Below, one piece after another: positions 1 to 15,317 of a DNA stretch of 64,000 bases. A model generated the notes under the pieces. That model ran no database searches, had not been told where the DNA came from, and saw only the letters and a program-made list of their open reading frames with translations. Each line of letters begins with the position of its first letter. The first letter of the stretch is position 1. The stretch is taken from assembly GCF_009834535.1 (NCBI RefSeq), contig NC_045696.1, positions 51,152,001 through 51,216,000 of the forward strand, read 5' to 3'. The translations under genes were made by a program, and so were the position numbers. The DNA is from Camelus ferus (taxonomy: Eukaryota).

Positions 1-1200
1 CTTGTCCCCCTCTAATTCACTGTACTCCTGCTCCACACCTCACTCCAGACTGCTCTTGCTAACATCGTCAGTTACTCCTATACTGGTAACTCAATAACCA
101 AGTTTTAGTATTTTCTTAATTCTTACAACTTGGGATATTGCTCTCTACTCCCCTCTTTCTTTGCTCTTCTGGTTAGCTTCTGTCTACAAGAAGCTATTGC
201 TTATTCTCCGTTGCAGGTTTCTTCTCCCTTAACTTTAATATTTCTTCCGAGTTTTTCCCTCCTCTAGGGCTTCCTCTTTCCTCACTATATATCCTATCCT
301 CTGTGGATGACTTCATTGTATGTGATGATTCCTTAATCTGTATCTTCATCCCAGATCTCTTCTGAGTTCCAGGCTCACATATCCACTTCTGATTATACCT
401 CTCCTTTTAAATACAGGTGCCTCAAAGTCAGTATGTTTAAAACTAAAATCATCATCTAATCACCACTCTTTTCCTTGAAACTTTGCTGCCTCTCTCAACA
501 AATGGCATTATCATACGTCTCATGGATGCCTAATTTAAAACCTGTGACTTCTCTCAAGGATCAGTCTTACCCTTCCCCCACATCTAAGTAGTGAACTAGT
601 GCTATTACTCTATTCCCTAAATATTTTGTATCTGCATTTTCATCCTAACTCCACGTCATTAAGGATCTTACCCTAATTCCTGCAATAATCACATTTAATC
701 AGACTTCCCATCTTCAGTCTTGCCTTCTTTCTAAGTGGTTGTCCAAATTACATAGTGATCCAACTAAAACACATACGTGATCCTGCACTGTTTTGCTCAA
801 AACCCCTATGTGCTCTTTATTGCTCTCAAGTCAAACACATACTCCGTAACTCTTTACAATACTACCCATGATCTGGCTACTGCTTACCTTCCAGTTTTGT
901 CTCAGCCAGTTGACAGCCCAACTGCTTCATTATACACCATCTTCCAGGCTTACTGAAGGACTTTTAATTCCTTAAGCAATGCTCCCTTTTGCCCCTGGAC
1001 CTTTGTGCATGCTTTTGCCTCTGTGTGGAATGTTATTTCCCTGTATCTGGCTAATTTCTATTTCCTTTTAGGCCTTAGCTTCTTTTGGAAAGAATTTCCT
1101 AACCCCACTCCAGTACATTGTCAGACTTTGTACCCCTTCCTATGTACTCCCACAAACCTTGGATGGTCTCTATGATAGCACTTTTCACATTGGATTGTTG
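1..1200 (+). mobile_element. Old LINE-2 fragment (3' tip also at ~1640-1760)
   Basis: Pyrimidine-rich L2-like text (gatgattccttaatctgtatcttcatcccagatctc...; ctggacctttgtgcatgct...ggaatg); boundaries approximate. Confidence 0.75.
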
Positions 1201-1486
1201 AACTTCTAAAGTGGGGCACACTCAGCCCCACCTCACTACCCCAGCTTAAAAGTGATTTGAAAGAGGTATACAGAGCCACAGGATGAATAGATATACCTTC
1301 TTAGTTTATCAGAGTCACTGAAATGTTTGAAGGAGAAAACATTTTAATGCATATTAGTTTTATATGAGAAAGTTCTGTTATGATTATTAAGGAAGCAGTG
1401 TTTCTGTGAATTTTGTGATAAAACACACTATTACAAAGGAATTTCCGTTAGCATTATATCTCATTTCTTCTGCCCAGACCGTCCTG

Positions 1487-1487
<1 letters not shown>

Positions 1488-1517
<30 letters not shown>
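1488..1517. repeat. (CA)15 microsatellite
   Basis: Direct read. Confidence 0.97.
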
Positions 1518-1521
<4 letters not shown>

Positions 1522-2167
1522 GACATTCACTTTCCTCTGTCTTTGAGGGTATTTCACTCTTCACTGCCACTTTTTAGGGAAAGTGTGAAAGTGGTTGCTA
1601 TATGGTATTGTAACCACCAGCTGACTCTCCAGTGTACCACACTGGAGGGTGAGCTCTGTGAGTACAGAAACATGGCTATCTTCTTTGCTGTTGTCTCTCC
1701 AGCATCTCCAAGCATAATTTTTAGTACCTAGGAAGTACTTCATAAATAGTTATTGAATAGGCAGAAGGGGTTTGACTTAACACCTTAATAAAAGCCTTTG
1801 TTCATTAACCTTTGTAGCAAGATACAAATTTCTTAGGTCTTCTTATTTATTTCAGAAGGCAACTTTCCAAAGTATTTATAATTTTCTTTTAGCTTTAATT
1901 CTTACATTGTCCTTTCATAAACTATGTAAGCATTCAGAATATCTTTAGTACTATCTTATCTACCTGATTTTTATATTCCTGTCCTCCAGTTACCTTACAG
2001 AATGTATTTTAGCTGTTAAAGACGATAGAGATGATTAATTATAATGAACAACATACACTACTATAGGTGCAAACTAGGGGAGCAATTACTGTATATCTGT
2101 ATATCTATCTTTGTAAGCGTGTATATAGATACAGATGACAATATTTTAAAGTGCTTTCTTTCTTTAA

Positions 2168-2461
<294 letters not shown>

Positions 2462-2947
2462 TGACATTTAATAAAACTTTATGTTGGGTCTGGAGCAATG
2501 CTCTCATTTGTTAGGATCTTTTAGGGAATTTTCTAATTATATTTGTGATTCAGTTTGTATATTCACAGAAAGGAATTTGAATTTTTCAGTTAAACACTTG
2601 AAAGTCTCTTTTTGCGTTCTGGTGGTTTTCAGTTAATTGGGAGGAAGTTGAAATAGACAAAACACTTATAAGTATGAACTTTACATAGAATTTTATGATC
2701 TACTTTGTTACTATAGTAATATTTCTTTTTCCATAAAATAATGGACTTCACTTATGAAATGGAAATAATGGCTATTTACTTTACAGCACAGTGGGATAGA
2801 GGGAAGAGGTTGGAGTGATGGGGAGTATTACTTTGGGAACACAGATTATAAGAGGAATTAAATATAGACAAGCTGTGGGAAAGGGACTATTTCTATTCTA
2901 TTTCTGTTTAGAAGCAAAGGGATCACTAATAGATTGTTTGCCTGTAG

Positions 2948-3085
<138 letters not shown>

Positions 3086-3309
3086 TAACATCGGTTCTTA
3101 AGTTTAAAGCTAGCACCTGAACTTTTTCTTTTACAAAGAGCTTTTCCTTCATTCTAAAATACATTCACACATATAACCATATTCCTAGTTTTAAAAGGTA
3201 TTTCATTTATTGACTTATCTTAAGAATATGTCAATATAAGACATTTATAGAGCTGCCCCAATCTTTTTTTTTTAACATTTTTTTATTGAGTTATAATCAT
3301 TTTACAATC

Positions 3310-3410
3310 TTTTTTTTTTTTTTTTAGCAGAAATGCTGGGGATTGAACCCAGGATCGCATGGCGTGCATGCTAAGCATGCACTCTACCATTGAGCTACAT
3401 ATATTCCCCA
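3310..3410 (-). mobile_element. tRNA-derived SINE (Vic-1 type)
   Basis: Reverse complement of gtagctcaatggtagagtgcatgcttagcatgcac...ctgggttcaatcccca plus poly(A); TSD cccca(a/g)tctttt. Confidence 0.85.
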
Positions 3411-4126
3411 CCCCAGTCTTTTTAATGATTTTAAAATGATACACCCTCTACTACTGTTTGTTTTTTCCATTACATGCTTTACCATTGATCTATCTCTGAA
3501 TATATGTGTAACTCTGTAACTTGAATTATGAGCTTTGAATTGTTGTACTATTACTGCTGGATACAGAAGATAAGAGTGTGTTCACATACTATCTTCTATC
3601 TTTGTACCCACTTCCATCTCAGCTTTCGGTACTTTTATTTCTACATTTCAGGATTTATAATATTCACATTCTGTTCTGTAACCATAAATCCAATATTTGT
3701 GCTAGCCTTAGACCTAGTAAATGGAGTCAGTGCCTGCTGGCAGCCTCTTTAATTTCTCCAATTATTTCATGATTGAAGAAAATTTGACTTTTGGAAGTTT
3801 CTTCAAGAAAGGCTCGTGGAAACTATGTTCCCTGAATTCTTGTTTCTTTGTCAGTTTGGATTTTTTTTCTAAATTTTAACAGTTGTTTGGCTTGAGTGTG
3901 AAAATTTTAGATCAGTATTCCTTTCCTTGAGAACTCTTATTCCAGCATTAAATGTTGAGGAGAGATCTGACACTAGCCTACTTTTTCTCATTTTACAGGT
4001 GATTTTTCTTTTTGCCCAAACGAATGTCTCCTTAACTTTGAAATCTTATAGCTTTCTTAGGATATATCCCAGTATTGCTAGTTTTGATGAGTTTTTCCTG
4101 AGACATAGTGTACGCTGCCCCCCACC

Positions 4127-4235
4127 TTTTTTTGTTTTTGGTTTTTTTTTTTTTTGGTGGAGGTGCTAGGGATTGAACCCAGGACCTTGTGCGTGCTAAG
4201 CACATGCTCTACACTGAGCTGTTACCATTCCGCCC
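4127..4235 (-). mobile_element. tRNA-derived SINE (Vic-1 type)
   Basis: gggattgaacccaggaccttgtgcgtgctaagcacatgctctac with a T-rich tail. Confidence 0.85.
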
Positions 4236-6619
4236 CAGTGCCCCCTTTCAATCTATGAATATGTCTTTTATTTTGGAAAATTTTTGAGAATTCTTTCTGA
4301 ATTGTTTTCTCTTCCTCTATGGTCATCTTCTTCAAACTAAACATATTGTGTCTCCTTTATCTGGTTCCACATGCATCATTTCCTCTCTAATTCTTTTTAT
4401 TTAGCCTTTTGCCCATTTTTTCACAAGATAATCAGTGTTGCTTCTAAAACAACCTTTATTTTCTTCTAGCTCTCTGTCAAGTTCTGCTGGCTCATGAAAC
4501 ATCTTTTGTGATCTTACTGTGTATTCCTTAAGATTTTTATTTTGTGGTAGGATGCATTATTAAGATTTTTTAAAGTTAATTAATTGTGGTCACAGTTTTC
4601 ATCTGTTCCTTGGCAAGTTCATTGTTGTATTCTGCTCATCTGTCTTTTTTCCTGCTTGTATTTTTGTTTAGTTCCCTGCTTTATTATTACTACTGTTCAT
4701 TTTTGCTGAAGTTGGGAGGGTGTGGTTGTTACTATGGTCCAGGGTAGTAGGAATTCTTCCTGGTAATCTGTAAAGTTTGTTATGGCATGGAGTTGTGTAA
4801 GTTATTTTACTTTTTCTTCTTTCCTGCCAACAAAAATCTGCAGCTGCAAGGCCACCTACAATGAATTCTTTCTCTTCTACCCTGCCTCATCCACTGTTTA
4901 CTCACTGAAAAGGAGTGCCTACCTGTGTTTTATTTGTCCTCATCTCCCTGCTTCTCCTTGATGCCAGACTCAGTTCAAGGAAGCCCTGCCATTAGCCCTG
5001 TACCCCTTTTGCTCTAGACAAAGAATTCTTGGTTTTGCCCCTCAGGATGTAGCTTCTTTGGAGAAACTTAATCTGGGATGTACAGCCTCAGGTGAATTCT
5101 TGGTGTCTTCACACGCCCTTGTTTGTTTTTTTATCTCATTTAGTTGGCTTTCCTCACTGTTTTGTTGTGAAGCTAAATATAGCCTCTAGTTTTTAACAAT
5201 AGAGTTCATATTTCTGTTTTTCTTGTTCTCCTTGCTTGGTGGTTATTTTTATGAGAAGGAGAAAGTGACATATTCATCTACTGTTTTAAGACAGGACGTC
5301 TTCCTACTTCTTTTAAGTGGCTGCATGTATTCCTTTGTATGGATATATGATAATCTATTTAACCTTTTGGTGGACACTTGGATTATTTTTTGCTCTCACA
5401 AACTTCACCCCATAAAACATCCTAATGCTTGTTTTTAACACATTTATATGTTTTACATGCATGTTTCTTTGTATGTTTGTCAGATAAGTTCTTGGAAGTA
5501 AAATTGCTAAGAATACAACTGTTAATGCAGATTTTAGATTCTGATAGATCTTCAAAAGGGGTAACAGTGGACAAGAATTCTGTTCCTTCACATATTCACC
5601 AGTGCTAACTTTTTCAACACTTTCTGATTGATGATAATTGTCAAACATACAGGAAAGTTCAAAGAATGTTACAGTGAACATCCATGTACCCCACGCCTAG
5701 ATTCAGCAATTACATTTTACTGTCCCTGCTTTATTAGATGCCTATTCAGTCTGTACTTCTTACAGTGAGTGAGCATCTTTCCTGTGTGTACTAACCATTT
5801 GAAAACTACCTTCTGTCCATTTTCCTGGTGGATAGTAGTTCTTCATCATACTGATTGGTAAAGCCCTTTGAAATCAGTCTTTCATCTGTTATGCATTGCA
5901 GATGTTTTCACGGTTTGCCCACCTTTTGATTGTCTGAGGTTATTTTTTTTTTCTTAAGACTTTGTTCATGGATTCATGTTTTGGAAGCCACAGAAGTCAG
6001 CATTTTTTATTCTGAAAGATGTAATGTGATAAATAGTAAAGTTCTGAATTTTCCAGCAGCAATTTTGTTTTGCTTATATAGGCCTCTGTTTCTTTACTGG
6101 TAAAATAAAGGAATTAGGGTGGGAGATTTGTGGGTTCTTATACTGTAGCAACAGATACATTTCTAGTATCTTAGAGTTGTATAGTACTTTGTACTTTTCA
6201 GAGGACATTTACATACCATTTGATCAGATACGTACAGATAGAGGAGGCAAGAGTTATTCCATTTTAACAGATTAGGAAACCACACTGGGAAATGAAGTTA
6301 CTTTGCTAGGGTTGATGACAGAACAGGAACTAGAACTTTTTTCTGTATATTAGCTTCTTCTAACTGGTTTAGTGTATGTCATTTTACAGAACAGGACCTG
6401 ATCTGCATGGCAGAATGATTTGGATGATTAAGATTATTACTCATGTTAATAACTTTTGTTGCTTTTGAAAAATAACCAAACAAGCTAATCGGTTGAGGAT
6501 TTTTTTGGTGCATATGTATGTGAGATATATAGACAAAGCTACATTGGAAATTAATTTCAGACTTAATTATCTCAACAAAGAATGGGGGGAGAATCTTTTC
6601 CTGCATTTAAAAAATGTAT

Positions 6620-6985
6620 ATTAGGGTAGACTGGGCTATGATAAGCCCAAACGTAGAATTGCTCAATATAATAGATATTTATTTCAGATGGTCAGGGGAC
6701 TCTTTACTTTTTGGGGCTGGGACCCAGGCTGAAAAGAGCTCTTTCATTTCAACACATACCTTCCAGGGGCCCTTGGGAGTTCTCTTGCTCAGTAAGCAAG
6801 AAGGGAGAAGTAACATGGAAGGATGTGTGGCTTTACTGGAGATGGAGCACATTACTCTGACTTACATTCCATTAGCTAGGGGTGAGTGAGTTACTTGCAT
6901 ATCTAGATGCAAAGGAGGCTAAACAATAGAATTCAGCTGTGTGCCTGAAAGAACAGATTTTGGTGAGCAGCTAGCAGTCTAACTT
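6620..6985. mobile_element. Old MaLR (MLT1J/K-like) solo LTR
   Basis: Recognisable MLT1-type text (cacattactctgacttacattccattagct...tgcaaaggaggct); subfamily uncertain. Confidence 0.6.
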
Positions 6986-7003
6986 AGGAACATATTGCTT
7001 TAA

Positions 7004-7234
<231 letters not shown>

Positions 7235-7259
7235 TGATAGGATTTGGGGGCTGGCTTAG

Positions 7260-7409
<150 letters not shown>

Positions 7410-7966
7410 TAAGCACCCAAACTGTTTACTTTCCAGGAGAAAAATATGTCATTTATTTTAAAGAGACAGTATTTAGCCCCCTGAGGGTAGTGATTTTTAA
7501 CCAAGGTTGCACTCCAGAGTCACCCAAGGAGCTCTTTAAAATACACATGTTTAGGTCATCTCTACATCTTTTGATTCCATAGATTTGTCTTGACTGATTT
7601 GTTATATTCAAGTCACAATATCCTAGGAATAACTTAGAAAATTATAGACATGTTAAGGTAAGATTGTATCATGATAAAAACAGTGTGAAGATTCACAGTC
7701 CCTACATAAAGCCATACATTGTTCTCAGAGCTTTTCCTTCCTTTTGTTTCATCTGTTTGATTAGAACAGTGAAACTGACTATAATTAAATATCCATCTCA
7801 CTTCTCAAACTAGAAAGCATTTAATAGTTATCATTCTTATTTGTAACTTAGTACTGGTTTTTAAGGTTTTTGAACAAGATTTTCTTTCCAAAGTTCATTT
7901 CTAAAGTTATTTATACAAAAAGTGGCTTTCAAAAAATTGCTTTTATATGCAAGTTATTTTTCATAA

Positions 7967-8083
<117 letters not shown>

Positions 8084-8309
8084 TAGTCAACTTCTGAGCC
8101 CCACCTATAGGCTGTCCTAATGTTATCCATGTCATTGTGAAGTATTAATATAATCATTAAAGAGTAGGCAATGGTAAAGTCTGTTTTAGGAGCATTCTTA
8201 CTACTAAAGGCCTTTAAAGCTGTCTGTTCTTTCTTAGCTCTTTACCTAGAGTTTATAGTAGACTTAGTATCCAGAAATGGAAAATATATCCAGGGTAGCA
8301 AAGGTTTAT

Positions 8310-8725
8310 TAGTGTTATAGTAATACCACACTTTGAGGTAGAGTAACCCTACGTATAGAACAAATGGGCCCAAAAACACATAATGGCAAAAGCTCCATGG
8401 CAGTTTCTTTCTCCTTATGGTCTGGCCCAAGGCAGATGATCCATCCAAGAGTGGCTCTTTTCCATTCGGTGGTGGTTTCGGAGACCAGTGCTTCTTCCAT
8501 ATTGTGGTTCTACCTAGCCTGGCAGTCATCTGCATCTGCCTGGTACAGGGGAAACTGGAGAAAGCACCCCCACTTTTTGAACCTTGGGCTCAGACATGGT
8601 CACCACACTCATTCTGTTAGCCACACCCAGATGAAAGCACAGTGGAAAAGGTAGTTTCTGCCTAGGCAGCAGCTTCCCAGTGACAAGGCATGAATTTTAG
8701 TGGATAGCCAGCCAAGTTGGCCATT
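8310..8725. mobile_element. Old MaLR (MLT1-like) solo LTR
   Basis: MLT1-type text (ttcttccatattgtggttct...ggcagcagcttcccagtgac...gaattttagtggatagc). Confidence 0.55.
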
Positions 8726-9372
8726 AAAAGACACCTAATTAAAAAATGTATATAAACCAGGACTATAATTTTTTTTACTGTTGATGTATTTATGAGTCTC
8801 TGCATTGTTCATATGGGAAAAGTAGAATATTTGCCTATGTTTCTGTCGGTATCAGATAAAAGGAAGTGGCAGGGTCTCAATTTACAACTTTCAAGGTGTT
8901 TTCACCTTTGCTAAAATTTTGAATTTTAAATTGCAGGGAAAAGAGGAGCCAAGTTAGGAATTCATAAAATTTATGTGAATGTTTGGTCTCAGAAAAATGA
9001 CAGATCTTTTTGGATTGGCCCTTAATGATTAGGAACTGAATTTATTCAAAACATTTAGAGGTTTTAATTAAAGTGAAGTGGCTATCTTAGTAAATATTTT
9101 GTGGTTTCTGTGGTCCACCTGTTTATATTATACAGTAATAATCTTTAAAACTGTACATTTTTTTATCCTATTAGATTTGACACACTATTAAGGAAATCCA
9201 GATAAATTTTGAATTTGATTTGTAGATACTGTCTATACTGAAACTGAAAGGAATACATTTTTTAATTGCAAATTTTATTCTGTTTCATCTAAACTTGTGT
9301 ATACCAAAAAGACAAATAATTTGACCAGAAAACTATAGAATTGCATATTTAGGACAAACAAATAATACTTGA

Positions 9373-9642
<270 letters not shown>

Positions 9643-9829
9643 TGAGGACAGATCTGTGAGTACACTGGAGTGTTTTAAGGACATATAGAACCTTGGATAT
9701 GCAGATTCTCACCTGGCAAAATGAGTAGTTATTAAATATCTTTTAAACTAATAGAATTTTAGATTATTCCTTTATCCAGCAGACATTTGAGGAGCCTGCT
9801 TGTGCTGTGTAAGGTAGAAAGATGATTGA

Positions 9830-10250
9830 TTATCTATTGTTGAGTAACAAACCACTCTGGTATTTAGTAGCTTAAACAGTGTTTTATTGCTCATGGTCTT
9901 GGGGTTGGTTGGCTCAGTTGGGCCTTTTTGCTTGGAGTTCCCCTTACAGCTGCAGTCATATGGTGGCTGAGACTGAAGTCATCTGAAAGTTTCTTCCCTC
10001 ACAAGTCTAGTGCCTGGGCTAGGAAGATCAGAACTGCTAAGCGTTGTCTGGGCATTTCTCTGTCCGTGTGGTGTCTCCACATGGCAGTTCTGGGCTCCCA
10101 GAGTGAGTATTAAAAAAAACAAGTGGAAACCAACAGCCTCTTAAGGCTGGGCCCCAAAACTAGTAATAACATCACTTTTGTCTTACTGTTTTGGTCAGAA
10201 CAGCCACAGAGCTTGCCCAGAGTCAAGGGGAAGGGCTTGTACTTCACAGC
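9830..10250 (-). mobile_element. MaLR (MLT1H/I-like) solo LTR
   Basis: tatctattgttgagtaacaaaccac...tagcttaaaca...cagagcttgcccagagtcaagggg. Confidence 0.65.
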
Positions 10251-11324
10251 AGTCAATTAAAAGAAGTAACTAAATTGTTAGGGCCTTTATATTCTTTTTG
10301 ACCCTTTGGTCCTGGTTATATTGTGGATGAGAAAGAAACACTCATACAATTTTATTTCTTGAAACAGAATGTACCCATTATCCACCAAATTAGAGGTGGT
10401 AGATTTAGGATCTATTAACATACATATTTGCAGGAGTACCAGGGCCAGGAATTTAGAAGGATTGGAATCTAGTTCATTCAGTAATTAGCTGTGTGACCTT
10501 AAACAAGTGACTTACATTCTTGTGTCTGTGTGTTGACGTTTCAAAAGAGAATAGTCCAATTAAACTTAGCCAAATTAAATTTCGAAGTTGAATAACTTCT
10601 CAGATAGTATGCAGTACTAGTCAGGACCTCAGAATTCTCTGTCTGGTTCTGTTCTTTTTATTATATTGTAAAGTCACCTCCTAAATTGTTTCTAACAAAG
10701 GATAGTATTATTAGATAACTAGTACATATTAAATGCTCATTATTATAAATGAGTACTGTGGCTTTATAAGAGGAACTAGGAACAGAAGTCCTTCAAAATC
10801 AGACAAAGACAATACAAAAAAAGATAATTACAGGCTCATTTTGTTTATGAATGTGGGTATAGAAATTTAAAATTAAATTTTAGCCTCCTAAATTCAGCAA
10901 AGTATTAAAAAATAATAAAGTAATACATTATGAGCAAGTGAAGTTTAGTGCTCATAGATAACGCTACAGTCTTCTGCAGTTAATTCACTGGGCCTGTCCC
11001 TTTCCCACAACTCCCAAGAATCTTTACTTGTTAGGCTGTTGGGGTGGATGCAAAAGTTAAAGCTTTCAAGGCAATGATATTTCAAGAGTGAAGTTCTGGA
11101 AGAGCAGCACTAATAAAGTAGCTCTTAGATACAGATAAGTAGTACATGCTTACTGCACTTTGCATTTACATAGTTCTAAACATCATGTAATATAAAAAAC
11201 AACTCTTTGTGGACTGTATAGATTTTTGTGAAACAAATTTTAGACTGAGATAGTTCAAGTAGTTATAATAGCAAGCCAGAATGTGAAGAAGAAAGCATTT
11301 AAAAAGAAAAAAAAAATCTGTCTA

Positions 11325-11392
11325 TTTGTATACCCATGTTCATAGCAGCACTTACAATAGCTGAGAGGTGGAAGCAACCCAGATGTCTTTTA

Positions 11393-11444
<52 letters not shown>

Positions 11445-11790
11445 GAATATTACTCAGCCTTTAAAAGGAAGAAAAATTCTAACACATGCTACATGGATGA
11501 ACCTTGAGGACAATATGTTAAATGAAACAAACCAGTCACAAAAAGACAAATACTTATATATAAGGTATCTAAAATAATCAAATTCATAGAAACAGGAAAT
11601 ACAATGGTGGTTACCAGGGGCCAGAAGGTGGGGGAAGAAGAGTTGTTTTATGGGTATAGAGTTTCAAATTGGTGAGATGAAAAGTCATAGAAATTTGTTT
11701 CACAACAATGTGAATGTACTTAACACTACTGAACTACACTTAAAAATGTTAAGATGGTAAATTATATGTTTTTCACAGCAAAACAAAAAA
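11325..11790 (+). mobile_element. L1MB-like 3' end containing an (AC)24 tract
   Basis: acccatgttcatagcagca...atggatgaaccttgaggac...aacaatgtgaatgtacttaacactactgaac. Confidence 0.8.
11395..11442. repeat. (AC)24 microsatellite
   Basis: Direct read. Confidence 0.97.
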
Positions 11791-11941
11791 AGGATATCAA
11801 TCAGGAAGCAATTGTGAGGTGAATTTATTAATGATAGGTGATTATGTGTTCATTACGTGGTTTTGGCTTGCTAATTGATTCCAACCATTGGTCCCACATC
11901 ATTGCAGTAAATTTCTAAAATGTATTTTTTTTCTCTTCTAG

Positions 11942-12079
<138 letters not shown>

Positions 12080-13323
12080 TGAGTTTTAAAGAAAGAGCTG
12101 CCTACACATTAAGAACTTTTTTCCCCTCATACAGACACGCTCTGACTCAAAGTATAGGTTTATTTTATTTTCATAGCAGATACCTAATGATCCAGTTTGT
12201 CCCCTTGTTTTGATTTGGCTCATGTGCCCAGTTGTGACAGTATTTTCACTCATTATCCAACCATCTTTAATGAGATTAAATTGTGGCTTAGTGTGCAGAG
12301 CCTGGGGACCATTGCCTCCTTCAGAGGCTTTTCTCACTGCCTGTTACCACAGCCCATGCCCTTCTACTCTTCACCTAAATAATTATACTTTTCTGCCTCA
12401 TTTTCCACAAGTCCATTCTTTTTCTTTCTACCGGAGTCCCTGTTGGACGTCCCACCAGCCCATTCTACTACTGCCCAGGGCTTGCTTTTTTTCATTACTG
12501 TCTCTGCTACTGCCATGGCTTACTTAAAGTTCCCATTTCTTTCAAACTTTAATAATTTGAGCCCTTTCATCACGGGCTAGCTTTTCTCCCTTAAATCATA
12601 TTTGGCCCCATATGGGACTGAAAGGGAACTGAGCAAATAGGTAGATTACCAGAATGTAGTACAAGCAGAAAATATGACGGATATCATCAGTAAGACTCAA
12701 AAATCTATATCAGGAACTTAAGAAGCTCTCAGAATCACCCACACAAAGATAACTCCACAAAGGGAAAATTCTTTGAGAAGAGTGTAATGGAGAGTGGGAA
12801 TGAAATTGTGTATGCGCATGGGTTTAAATTTCTCAGAAAGTTGATTAGAGTGCATGTGATCCAAGTTGAATATTAACTTGTGTGTCTTTATTATTAAAAG
12901 GTATGGATAAATGGAAATGAACACATTAACAGGGAAGCGGACGGCTTATTAACTTTAGGAAATTGCCGTTTCCTGCTTTCCTATTATTTATTAAACCTTA
13001 ACCCACTATCACAAGGGAATCTTCACAACTCAGTTATTTTACCATTTGGGTTATGCCTTTAACTGCACTGTACAAAAACAAACCCTCAGAGAGTCATTAG
13101 ATTGTAGCAGTACTGTTTTGTCATTCTTTCTGTTTGATTATTTTAACAGATAAAAATCAACATCGCTCTTAAATAAAAGAATACATAGCTCCATCTCCCC
13201 ATCCACCCTATATCCTGAGACATCTCTGTCCAAAAACTCTGGTTAAATATTACTGATCTTTTCCACTGTCATTTTTCATTCCTTATGTATCATGCACTAA
13301 CTATAAGTAGTATACATATTTAA

Positions 13324-13614
<291 letters not shown>

Positions 13615-15176
13615 TAACCTTTATTTAGTAGGAACTGTTTCTTTTAAATTTTTTAAATATTTGGGTCCCAAACCTGGTGTGTGAAACTTGTACTTACCAT
13701 TTTTAGGCACGCTTAGGTTTTATAAAACCAGAACAGACCTCAAAGTTATGTTCAAATAGGAATTCTAGTGATAAAGATTATAGTATGTCACGTCTGAAAT
13801 AAATGCTGACATATTTTGCCTTTTGTCTTAACTGCCGGGCAATTTAGAGCTAAAATCACTGCTAAGCAGCAATTACCTTACCTCAAGAGCCTGTTAATAT
13901 CTAACCCCGTGCTCATCTGAAATGACTTCTGCTGTTTACTTCTTTCAAGTATCCTATTACACATCATTTTTAACTGTTAAGTGGACTCTTACGGACTCTC
14001 ATTCTTTGGAAAGTACACAAGATATAAATAGATAATTAAATGAAATTATCTGTGGAAACTCAAATGCATAAGACTGTTTTTAAAATATTTGATCCATCAA
14101 ATTGTATTTATTTCTAAGTCAAAACATCTAAGTATATTTAATAATCTCCTATTGAGAAATTGAGAATGATTCTCTGAATGCATATGTTATGAATATAGTG
14201 TTTGCGCTGTAGGCTGAAAGTAAATTTGAACAAATAGACACTTACTATAGCAAGAATTTTAAAATATTTACACCCTTGAGTCCTGTCATTCTACTTCAAA
14301 ACATATAAGCCACGAAAATAATCAGAGATTTTGATATGGATGTATGTAGAAGATTATTTATTAAACTTCTTAAATGTCATCCAAAAATGAACAGAGCAAA
14401 CAGTACATTGTGACATGTACATTATGTCAAAAATATTATGAAGGCATTAACAGCTTTTTTTCAAAGACTATCCAAGACATAGGGAAATAATTATGGTATA
14501 GTGAGTGAAAACAGTCAGGTTGCAAAGAGATTCCATATGAAATTTGATCCAAATTTTATTTTTAGAAATTATACATTCGTAGGAAGAGGATAAAAAAATA
14601 TATGCAGTAACAGAGTGATGACTTCTGGTAATATGACTTAAGGTGTCTTTTTTCTGTTTACAAGTACATTGTTTCAAATTAACATCTCATTTATTTTTTA
14701 ATGTCATAAGGTATTTTTCTGTCGCACTGTTTTGTGGCTGAAGAATAATATTTGCCTGTTCTTAGGTATTTAGGAAATTTTTAGTTGTTGGTATGGACAA
14801 TTTTGTTCATGGAGTTGGGTTTTGTGTATTTTCCTAGTATATGTTCTCAGAAGTGGAATGATTGGGTTAGAGAGCTTAATCACTTTAAAGTCTCTTTTAT
14901 ACATATTACTCAATTAAGTTGCTTTCCATAAGGATTCTAAATGTGATGCATTTTAAGATTATTTCAGAAGTCTTATTCCCTGTCCCAGTGTGATACTACC
15001 AGATCTTGAATAGTAAATTCTATCTGGTTGGTTGGACTGTTCCTTCATTTATATGCTTCTACTCTTGAAAAAAGAAAAATAAGGTAATTCTGCCTCCTGC
15101 CTATGTTTTACCAGTGTACCTCACTTAGCCTAGTATTCAAATATATTAAATAAAAATAACTTACTATGTGTTCTGA

Positions 15177-15317
<141 letters not shown>

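Noticed and set aside
2095..2136. Imperfect hairpin of tatatc/gatata repeats upstream of ATP6V1A exon 7
   Set aside because: Low-complexity AT/AG repeats self-pair by chance
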